A stretch of DNA of 64,000 bases from positions 279,397 through 343,396 of the forward strand of contig CAKUMB010000001.1 in assembly GCA_934667475.1 (NCBI GenBank), written 5' to 3'. Below the pieces are notes generated by a model. The model was not told where the DNA came from and made no database searches. It was given only the letters and a program-made list of their open reading frames with translations. Positions 1 to 7,872 of this stretch are shown piece by piece (position 1 is the first letter of the stretch; the number at the start of each line of letters is the position of its first letter). The stretch comes from an uncultured Muribaculaceae bacterium (lineage in GTDB: Bacteria > Bacteroidota > Bacteroidia > Bacteroidales > Muribaculaceae). The position numbers and the translations under genes are program-made.

Positions 1-854
1 CACATTTGGTAGCCGTAGCCCTGGTTGAGGTCGCTCGGTTCGTTGCCCGGATGCCACTCGATTTGCGCCTTCTGCATTTCGGCCACCCATTGTGCAGGCA
101 CAATTTGGCGGCCTTCCCACTTGCCGCCGTCGAGCATCAGTTGCCCCACTTTGGCCATCGACTCCACCGTGAGCCTCATGCCCCAGCCGCCCACACACAC
201 GCCGCTGGGACTTTGCTCCCAGTCGGCCTCGGTGATGCCGAGCGGTTGCAGCAGCCGCGGCCGCAGGTAGTTGAGCACGGTTTGCCCGGTGACGCGCTGC
301 ACTATGGCCGATAGCATGTAGGTGCAGAAGCTGTCGTAGCGGAATCGGTGGTCGGTGCCCAGCTTGGGGTTGGCAAGGAATGCGCGCTCCCAGTTGCTGG
401 CTTGCATCGGCAAATTGGCTGGAGTGTAGGCTCCAGCGTCCATGGTGAGCAGGTGGCGCACAGTGAGGCCGGCAAGGCCGTCGCCTATGGTGTCGGGCAG
501 GGCGTCGGGAAAGAAACTGGCCACGCGGTCGGTGAGCCTGAGCCTGTTTTCGCCTATGGCAATGCCCACGGCAAGCGACGTCATGGTTTTGCTGCAGGAA
601 AACAGCGTGTGCTTGTCGGTGCGCTCAAAGGGAGCAGTGTGGCCTTCGGCCACGATGTGGCCGTTGCGCACTATCATCAGGTGGTGGATTTCGGTGGCGG
701 GCAGGGCCTGCAGCGAGTCGACAAGTGTTATCACCGCCTTGGGGTCGATGCCCTGCGAGGCGGGAGTGGCATGGGGCAGCGATGTTGAGGCCGCCGCCGT
801 GAGCACGCCAATGGTGGTCATGGCCGCAGCCATGATGGTGTGAAGTTTATTCAT
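1..854 (-). CDS. beta-lactamase-family serine hydrolase (partial; C-terminus lies beyond the window start)
   Basis: Translated by hand from the minus strand. ATG at 854 gives MNKLHTIMAAAMTT... (signal-like), and the frame stays open to position 1. An SxxK active-site-like motif (FSCSKTMTS) sits about 80 aa in. It is absent from the ORF track because it is truncated at the window edge. Confidence 0.6.
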   Translation of the reverse strand, partial: MNKLHTIMAAAMTTIGVLTAAASTSLPHATPASQGIDPKAVITLVDSLQALPATEIHHLMIVRNGHIVAEGHTAPFERTDKHTLFSCSKTMTSLAVGIAIGENRLRLTDRVASFFPDALPDTIGDGLAGLTVRHLLTMDAGAYTPANLPMQASNWERAFLANPKLGTDHRFRYDSFCTYMLSAIVQRVTGQTVLNYLRPRLLQPLGITEADWEQSPSGVCVGGWGMRLTVESMAKVGQLMLDGGKWEGRQIVPAQWVAEMQKAQIEWHPGNEPSDLNQGYGYQM

Positions 855-875
855 ATTAATAGGTGTTGCTTTTGC

Positions 876-1691
876 TCAAGTTAGCGGAATGGTGGTCCAG
901 TCGCGCGGAATAAGGTCGGGCTTGGGGTCGGTTTTGCACCAGCCTTCGGGCACTATCACTATGCGGTCGGGGTCGGGGTTGAGCCACGCGCCCCACCAGC
1001 CGTTGAGCGACGGCCCAGTGATGCAGTGGCTGGCGCGCATCAGGTAGGCCATCACGGTGGCCTCGTTGGCAACCGGGTAGGCCGCAGTGTGCGCCTCGGC
1101 CCCCTGGAAGTTGATGTTGGCCTGCACCCAGTCGGGGTCGGTGGTGAACACCATGAAGTTGGCATTGCCTATGCTCGACAGCACATTGGCCACAGCCCAG
1201 TTGTAGAAGTCGGGCGTGGCGCCTCCCGCTTGAGGCTCGCTCACGAGCATGGCCGTGCATCCGGGCTTGGCAAGGCTGCGCAGCAGGCCGCGCGACTGTG
1301 CCGGCAGCATGCGGTCGGTCACGGCAAACGCCTTGCGCACATTATCTTCGATGCCGGCAAAGTAGCGCGGCGACAGCCATTGCCCCTGCAGGTAGCAGCC
1401 GTCGAGCCTGAGCACATTTGGGTCGAAACCGCCGTCGGCGGGGTCGGTGACAATGCGCCCCTTGGGCCGCACTATGTGCGCAGCCAGCCTGCCCAGGCGG
1501 CTGTGCATGCCATAGGGCTTAAGCTGCTCGGCTGTGGCCTGAATGTAGCGCAGTTGGCCGAAGCGCGACTTTATCCAGTTGGGCCCCACGGGGTTGAGCA
1601 GCGAGTGCGGCTCGCGCTTGAGCAGAGCCATATAGAGTGCGTACTGGAACATTTGGCAGGCTGTGCTGCCCGAAATCTCCACTATGTTCAT
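876..1691 (-). CDS. glycosyltransferase family 11 (alpha-1,2-fucosyltransferase-like)
   Basis: 271-aa ORF. The N-terminus MNIVEISGSTACQMFQYALYMAL resembles the GT11 GGLGNQMFQYA motif. Confidence 0.7.
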   Translation of the reverse strand: MNIVEISGSTACQMFQYALYMALLKREPHSLLNPVGPNWIKSRFGQLRYIQATAEQLKPYGMHSRLGRLAAHIVRPKGRIVTDPADGGFDPNVLRLDGCYLQGQWLSPRYFAGIEDNVRKAFAVTDRMLPAQSRGLLRSLAKPGCTAMLVSEPQAGGATPDFYNWAVANVLSSIGNANFMVFTTDPDWVQANINFQGAEAHTAAYPVANEATVMAYLMRASHCITGPSLNGWWGAWLNPDPDRIVIVPEGWCKTDPKPDLIPRDWTTIPLT

Positions 1692-1802
1692 CGTTTTTTT
1701 TGTTTAGGCTTTTAATGCATTACAATGGTGGGGCGCAAACGCCCCCGCAACTGCAAAATAACTAAAAATAGAACTCTGCTCCAACATTTTTTACGTAAAA
1801 GA

Positions 1803-1835
1803 TTGGTAGTGTAAACGACAAAATAACTACATTTG
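1803..1835 (+). promoter_or_regulatory. candidate Bacteroidota sigma-A promoter for PBP1A gene (-7 TAcaTTTG, upstream TTG)
   Basis: TACATTTG at 1828-1835, about 20 bp upstream of ATG 1854. TTG at 1803-1805 sits at the appropriate -33 spacing. Confidence 0.3.
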
Positions 1836-1853
1836 CAACCATAAATTATTTTA

Positions 1854-4433
1854 TTGGCCAATATGGGTAAAAGCGATTTTTTAGGGAAACTGGACCTGCT
1901 GTGGTCTGGAACTAAACAAAACTGGAACCGGTTTAAACAATGGTATAAAGCCCTTTACAGGGGCAAGCCTTGGTATATAAAGACCCTTGTGGGAATAGCC
2001 ACATTCATTGTGTGCTTCTTCATCTATCTCGTGGCAGTTGACATCAACTTCCTGTGGCTGTTTGGCAAGTCGCCTTCAATCACCGAGATAATGAATCCCA
2101 AAACCAACAACGCGTCATACATCTACAGCGCCGACGGAAAAATGATAGGCAAGTTCTATAACGAGAACCGCACGCCTGTGAAGTTTGGCGAGGTGAGCCC
2201 CACATTTTTCACGGCCCTCATCGACACCGAAGACGAGCGCTTCTACGACCACCTGGGCATTGACGTGCAGGGCCTCTTTGCCGCGGCAAAGGACATGCTG
2301 GTGCATGGCAAATCGCGCGGCGCGAGCACCATTACCCAGCAGTTGGTGAAAAACATGTTCCGTGTGCGCACGCAGTATTCCACAGGTCTGCTGGGCTACA
2401 TTCCGGGCGTGAAGATGCTGATTATGAAGACCAAGGAGTGGATTCTTGCCACCGAAATCGAGCTCGTGTACCACGACAAGCAGCGCATACTTGAAATGTA
2501 TGCCAACACGGTGGACTTTGGCAACAACGCCTTCGGCATCAACACCGCCGCGCGCACCTATTTCAACAAGAAGCCCTCGCAGCTCACTGTGGAGGAGAGT
2601 GCGGTGCTGGTGGGCCTGCTCAAGGCCACATCGAGCTACAATCCCCGCCGCAACTACGACCGCAGCCTCAAGCGCCGCAACGTGGTGATCAACAATATGC
2701 ACACCCACGGCCACCTAACCAAGGCCGAGTGCGACTCGCTGTGCCAGCTGCCCATTAGGCTGCAGTTCCACCCCGAGGACGAGTTCACGGGCGTGGGCCC
2801 ATACTTCCGCCACGCCGTGCTTGAAGAGCTTAAAGGCTGGTGCGAGGAAAACGGATACGACCTCTACACCGACGGCCTTGAAATCCACACCACTCTCGAC
2901 ACCCGCATGCAAAAGTATGCCGAGGAGGCTGTGAGAGAGCAGATGAAGGTGGTGCAGCGCAACTTCCAGGCCCACTGGGGCGACGGTGACTGCTGGGTGG
3001 ACGAAAACCAGCAGGTGATTCCCGGCTTTGTGGAGCAGAAGGCGCAGCAGAGCGACTACTACAAAATGCTTCAGGACCGCTATGGCGGCAATCTTGACTC
3101 CATAAACTACTATATGAACAAGCCGCGCATGATGCACCTGTTTGACTACGATGGCGGCAAGGACGTGGAGATAACCCCCATGGACTCGGTGCGCCGCATG
3201 CTGCACTTCATGCACTGCGGCTTCATTGCCATGGAGCCGGGCACCTGCGAGGTGAAGGCTTGGGTTGGCGATGTTGATTACAAGACGTGGAAATACGACA
3301 AGGCAAGTGCAATGCACCAGCCCGGCTCCACGTTCAAGCTGTTTGTGTATGCGGCTGCCATGGAGCGCGGCCTCACGCCGTGCGACCGCCGTCAGGATGC
3401 CTACATCGACACCATGGTGCTCAACAAGCGCACCCACCAACTGGAGCGCTGGACTCCGCACAACGCCAACGGCCGCTTCAGCGGCGCCAACATGACGCTG
3501 CGCTCGGCATTCGCGCAGAGCATCAACAGTGTGGCTGTGCGCGTGGGCAATGAGGTGGGCCTGCCCAATGTGGCGCAGACTGCCCGCGACATGGGCATCA
3601 AGTCGCCGCTCGACCCGACACCTGCCCTGAGCCTTGGCTCGAGCGACGTGAACCTGCTTGAACTGGTGAACGCCTACTGCACCGTGGCCAGCGACGGCAT
3701 GGCCCACGACCCAGTGCTGGTGACCCAGGTGCTGAAGGTGGACGAAGACGGAGTGAAGACGGTGGTGTATTCAAGCGACAAGGAGAAAGCCGCCGCTCGC
3801 CGCGCCATATCGCACCGCTCGGCCTACTTCATGCAAAAAATGCTTGAGGCCAGCCGCACCGATGGTGGCGGCACCTCGATGCCCATCAACGCCTATATCC
3901 CTTATGGCGACTGCGACTGGGGCGGCAAGACGGGAACCAGCAACAGCCACGCCGATGCATGGTTTGTGGGCGTGTCGCCCAAACTGGTGTGCGGTGCCTG
4001 GGTGGGCGGAGAATACCGCCAAATCCACTTCCGCACTGGCCGTTTGGGCCAAGGCAGCCGCACGGCTCTGCCCATTGTGGGCCTCTTCTTGCGCAAGCTT
4101 TATGCCGACGGAGCCTTCAGCAAATACCGGGCCCGCTATGCCAGCGACCCCGACCTCAACAGTCTGGCCGTGGGTTGCGCCAACGAGTATCAGCAAGACC
4201 AGGGCGATTCCATCAGCTATGCCGGCAGCGACTCGATTGACATAGTGAACGAGGCTGAGCGCGACATCAATGGTGATGTGGGCGGCGGTGCAAGCGAAGA
4301 GCCCGAAGCCACCGAGCCGGCCAGTCCGGCAGCCACCAACTCAGAGGACCAGTCGGTGGAACGGGTGAAAAAGGCCTTCGAGAAGCCCAACAAAAAGAAG
4401 CGCAAGACGGCCGACCCCGATCCGGCCGTGTGA
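1854..4433 (+). CDS. mrcA: penicillin-binding protein 1A (bifunctional transglycosylase/transpeptidase)
   Basis: 859 aa with an N-terminal TM segment. GT51 motifs are present (QQLVKN, EDERFYDHLGID), followed by the transpeptidase SxxK (GSTFK), SxN and KTG(T) motifs. The alternative start is ATG 1863. Confidence 0.9.
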   Translation: MANMGKSDFLGKLDLLWSGTKQNWNRFKQWYKALYRGKPWYIKTLVGIATFIVCFFIYLVAVDINFLWLFGKSPSITEIMNPKTNNASYIYSADGKMIGKFYNENRTPVKFGEVSPTFFTALIDTEDERFYDHLGIDVQGLFAAAKDMLVHGKSRGASTITQQLVKNMFRVRTQYSTGLLGYIPGVKMLIMKTKEWILATEIELVYHDKQRILEMYANTVDFGNNAFGINTAARTYFNKKPSQLTVEESAVLVGLLKATSSYNPRRNYDRSLKRRNVVINNMHTHGHLTKAECDSLCQLPIRLQFHPEDEFTGVGPYFRHAVLEELKGWCEENGYDLYTDGLEIHTTLDTRMQKYAEEAVREQMKVVQRNFQAHWGDGDCWVDENQQVIPGFVEQKAQQSDYYKMLQDRYGGNLDSINYYMNKPRMMHLFDYDGGKDVEITPMDSVRRMLHFMHCGFIAMEPGTCEVKAWVGDVDYKTWKYDKASAMHQPGSTFKLFVYAAAMERGLTPCDRRQDAYIDTMVLNKRTHQLERWTPHNANGRFSGANMTLRSAFAQSINSVAVRVGNEVGLPNVAQTARDMGIKSPLDPTPALSLGSSDVNLLELVNAYCTVASDGMAHDPVLVTQVLKVDEDGVKTVVYSSDKEKAAARRAISHRSAYFMQKMLEASRTDGGGTSMPINAYIPYGDCDWGGKTGTSNSHADAWFVGVSPKLVCGAWVGGEYRQIHFRTGRLGQGSRTALPIVGLFLRKLYADGAFSKYRARYASDPDLNSLAVGCANEYQQDQGDSISYAGSDSIDIVNEAERDINGDVGGGASEEPEATEPASPAATNSEDQSVERVKKAFEKPNKKKRKTADPDPAV

Positions 4434-4508
4434 TGCGCTAAACCACACATAGAGCAGAATCGACATAATCAATGATTATAACACATACAGTAAATAGCAA
4501 TAAATCAA

Positions 4509-6101
4509 ATGGTACGCAAATATGACTATCTGATAATTGGCTCTGGCGTGGCCGGCATGAGTTTCGCACTCAAGGTGGCCAAGACCGGAACAGTGGCGCT
4601 GATTTGCAAAACAACGCTCGATGAGGCCAACACCGACCTGGCGCAAGGCGGTGTGGCGTCGGTGACCAACATGCTCGTCGACGACTTCGACAAGCACATA
4701 CACGACACCATGGTGGCTGGCGACTGGCTCAGCGACCCCGCTGCCGTGCGCAAGGTGGTGACAGAGGCTCCAGGCCAAATCAAGCAGCTGGTGGAGTGGG
4801 GCGTTGAGTTTGACAAGAAGGCCGACGGCACCTACGACCTGCACCGCGAGGGCGGGCACTCGGAGTTCCGCATTCTGCACCATGCCGACAACACCGGCCA
4901 CGAAATTCAGCAGTCGCTGGTGAAGGCGGTTAAGGATAACCCCAACATCGACGTGTATGAAAACCACTTTGCCATCGAGATAATCACCCAGCACCATTTG
5001 GGCAAGATAGTGACCCGCCGCACCAGCGACATTGAGTGCTATGGCGCCTATGTGCTCGACCAGGCCACAGGCAAGGTCGACACCTTCCTGTCGCGCGTCA
5101 CCCTTATGGCCACTGGCGGCATAGGCTCGGTGTACCGCACCACCACCAATCCGCTCATCGCCACTGGCGACGGCATAGCCATGGTCTATCGCGCCAAGGG
5201 CACGGTGAAAGACATGGAGTTCGTGCAGTTTCACCCCACAGCCCTCTATCATCCCGGCGACCGTCCCGCATTCCTCATCACCGAGGCCATGCGCGGATAC
5301 GGTGCCGTGCTGCGCAACTTGGGCGGCGAGGAATTTATGCAGAAGTATGATCCGCGCCTGTCGCTTGCACCGCGCGATGTGGTGGCCCGCGCCATCGACA
5401 GCGAGATGAAGCAGCGCGGCGACGACCACGTGTATCTCGACGTAACCCACAAAGACCCCGAGGAGACCAAGCACCACTTCCCCAACATCTACAAGCACTG
5501 CCTGGGCATAGGCATCGACATCACCAAGGACTACATACCCGTGGTGCCGGCGGCCCACTACCTGTGCGGCGGCATCAAGGTGGGCCTCAACGCATGCTCG
5601 TCGATCAAGCGCCTGTATGCCGTGGGCGAGTGCTCGTGCACCGGCCTGCACGGTGGCAACCGCCTTGCGTCTAACTCGCTCATCGAGGCTGTGGTCTATG
5701 CCGACGCGGCAGCCAAGCACGCCATTGAGCACCACAACGACTACAGCTGGCGTGAAGACGTGCCCGAGTGGAACGACGAGGGCACTCAGCACCCCGAAGA
5801 AATGGTGCTGATAAGCCAAAGCGAGAAGGAAGTGGGCGAGATAATGAGCACCTATGTGGGCATCGTGCGCAGCAATCTGCGCCTCGACCGCGCCTGGAAC
5901 CGCCTCGACATCCTGTATGAGGAGACCGAGAAACTGTTTAAGGAAAGCAAGGTGTCGCGCCGCATATGCGAGCTGCGCAACATCATCAACGTGGGCTACC
6001 TGATTATGCGCCAGGCCAAGGAGCGCAAAGAGTCGCGCGGCCTGCACTACACCATCGACTATCCGCCAAAGCCCAAGAATGCCGACGACCTGAAGTTTTA
6101 G
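4509..6101 (+). CDS. nadB: L-aspartate oxidase
   Basis: 530 aa. FAD-binding N-terminus DYLIIGSGVAGMSFA, plus succinate dehydrogenase/fumarate reductase flavoprotein-family motifs. A strong hairpin terminator follows. Confidence 0.92.
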   Translation: MVRKYDYLIIGSGVAGMSFALKVAKTGTVALICKTTLDEANTDLAQGGVASVTNMLVDDFDKHIHDTMVAGDWLSDPAAVRKVVTEAPGQIKQLVEWGVEFDKKADGTYDLHREGGHSEFRILHHADNTGHEIQQSLVKAVKDNPNIDVYENHFAIEIITQHHLGKIVTRRTSDIECYGAYVLDQATGKVDTFLSRVTLMATGGIGSVYRTTTNPLIATGDGIAMVYRAKGTVKDMEFVQFHPTALYHPGDRPAFLITEAMRGYGAVLRNLGGEEFMQKYDPRLSLAPRDVVARAIDSEMKQRGDDHVYLDVTHKDPEETKHHFPNIYKHCLGIGIDITKDYIPVVPAAHYLCGGIKVGLNACSSIKRLYAVGECSCTGLHGGNRLASNSLIEAVVYADAAAKHAIEHHNDYSWREDVPEWNDEGTQHPEEMVLISQSEKEVGEIMSTYVGIVRSNLRLDRAWNRLDILYEETEKLFKESKVSRRICELRNIINVGYLIMRQAKERKESRGLHYTIDYPPKPKNADDLKF

Positions 6102-6137
6102 GCCATCGGGCCGGCATTAGGCTGATAACAACCATAG

Positions 6138-6198
6138 GCGCAACCGCGGTGCCACTCCTGCAAGCGGGCAGGAAGGCACATGCGGTTGCGCTTTTTTG
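6138..6198 (+). terminator. rho-independent terminator after nadB (long imperfect hairpin + T-run)
   Basis: GCGCAACCGC (6138-6147) pairs with GCGGTTGCGC (6182-6191). Nested inner pairs GTGCC/GGCAC and CCTGC/GCAGG are present, and CTTTTTTG follows. Confidence 0.6.
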
Positions 6199-6296
6199 TG
6201 GGCCTGCGGCTTTGACGTTTGCCACTCATGCGTTTCTTTTGCAAAAGCAAGGCTGGCCGCGCAGGCCTGCCGGCAACGATACTTCTATACAAAAGC

Positions 6297-7673
6297 ATGT
6301 CCGCTATGAACCAAGAAACCCTGTATGCCCTTGTGAGGCAAATCAACACCGACTATCTCGGCCCTGTGCTGGTGTTCGCACTGCTGGGCGCGGGCATGTA
6401 TTTCACCATCCGTCTGCGCTTTGTGCCCAAATACTATTGGCGTGCCATTAAAGCCATGTTTGCCGCTTCGCACGACAAAAGCCGCGCCACCGACTTGGGT
6501 GGCATGAGCCCCATTCAGGCGCTGTCCACCGCCATCGCTTCGCAGGTGGGCACGGGCAACATTGTGGGTGTGGCCATGGCGGTGATGATGGGCGGCCCGG
6601 GCGCGCTGTTCTGGCTGTGGATGGGCGCGCTGCTGGGCATGAGCACCAATTTTGCCGAGGCTGTGCTGGGCATAGCCTACAAGCGTCACACCGCCGACGG
6701 CCACCTGGTGGGCGGCCCCGCATTCTACATTCGCTACGGTCTGGGCAGCCACGTGCTGGCGGCCGTGTTTGCAGTGTGCTTCATTCTGGCTGTGGTGATA
6801 GGCATCATGGTGCAGGCCAACTCCATTAGCACCGCCGTCACCACCCTGTTTCCCGACAGCCTCAATCCAATTTGGATGGGCGTAGCCCTGGCCGTGCTGC
6901 TGGCCTTTGTGCTGGTGGGCGGCATAGGCCGCATAGCCTCGTTTGCCGAGCGTGTGGTGCCGCTCATGGCAGGCCTGTTTCTGGTGGGCAGCCTCATTTT
7001 CATTGCCATGCATCTGCCGCGCCTCATTCCGGCCCTGACGAGCATTGTGAGCTGTGCGTTCACTCCCAAGGCCGGTGTGGGCGGAGCGGCCGGCATTGCC
7101 GTGATGACTGCCGTGCGCTATGGCGTGAGCCGCGGCCTCTTCAGCAACGAGGCCGGCCTGGGCACCACGCCCCACGCCCATGCCATAGCCAAGGTGAAGC
7201 ACCCCTATGAGCAGGGCATGATGGCAATTATCAGCATAGGCGTCGACGTGCTGGTGTGCACCTTCACCGGGCTGGTGCTGCTGCTGTCGGGCGTGCTCGA
7301 CGCCCCCAATGGGCGCGTGGGCATCCAGCTGGTGCAGTCGGCATTCGACTCCTCGTTTGGCGCGGCGGGCACGTGGCTCATAGCCGTGTCGCTGTTTTTC
7401 TTCGCCCTCACCACCATAGTGGGCTGGTACTTTTTTGCGGCGCAAAACGTGCGCTACCTGTGGGGCGAGAAGCCCATACGCGCCTACCGTCTGGTGGTTC
7501 TCGCGCTTGTGGTGGTGGCCTCGGTGGTCGAGGTTCCACTCATTTGGGAACTGTGCGACACCTTCAACTTCTTTGTGGTGGTCCCCAACATCATTGCCCT
7601 TGTGTGGCTATCGCCCAAAGTGGCCGACGAGGTGGAACGCATGCGCGACGCCTTGGGCAAACACAAGCAGTGA
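6297..7673 (+). CDS. alanine/glycine:cation (sodium) symporter, AGCS family
   Basis: About 458 aa and polytopic. Conserved AGCS segments are present (GGMSPIQALSTAIASQVGTGNIVGVA, GGPGALFWLWMGALLGM). Start chosen at MSAMNQETLY; the ORF track begins earlier, at 6219. Confidence 0.85.
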   Translation: MSAMNQETLYALVRQINTDYLGPVLVFALLGAGMYFTIRLRFVPKYYWRAIKAMFAASHDKSRATDLGGMSPIQALSTAIASQVGTGNIVGVAMAVMMGGPGALFWLWMGALLGMSTNFAEAVLGIAYKRHTADGHLVGGPAFYIRYGLGSHVLAAVFAVCFILAVVIGIMVQANSISTAVTTLFPDSLNPIWMGVALAVLLAFVLVGGIGRIASFAERVVPLMAGLFLVGSLIFIAMHLPRLIPALTSIVSCAFTPKAGVGGAAGIAVMTAVRYGVSRGLFSNEAGLGTTPHAHAIAKVKHPYEQGMMAIISIGVDVLVCTFTGLVLLLSGVLDAPNGRVGIQLVQSAFDSSFGAAGTWLIAVSLFFFALTTIVGWYFFAAQNVRYLWGEKPIRAYRLVVLALVVVASVVEVPLIWELCDTFNFFVVVPNIIALVWLSPKVADEVERMRDALGKHKQ

Positions 7674-7872
7674 ACGGCGCGCAGTGTAGGCAGATTTTTT
7701 GCGATTTTACCTGATAGTTATTGCTTTATTGGATTTTATTAACTACTTTTGAATCCTTTTGCACACATCGTGGTGCAGAGGGCGGCCGCACTTGTGCCTG
7801 AATGGGGCATAGATGCGGCTAAACCAGAGCAATAAAACCGAATACACTATTATTAACACTTGACATAAGTTT

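Noticed and set aside
1728-1745. Short perfect hairpin GGGGCG-CAAA-CGCCCC in the divergent GT11/PBP1A intergenic region
   Set aside because: It lies upstream of both divergent genes and has no adjacent T-run, so it is not a terminator. It may be a regulatory site or may be incidental. There is not enough evidence to call a feature.
6102-6296. Glycine riboswitch upstream of the alanine/glycine symporter
   Set aside because: I looked for the conserved glycine-riboswitch core (GGAGAG...ACCGAAGGGGCAA-like) and did not find it. The structure present is better explained as the nadB terminator plus a palindrome.
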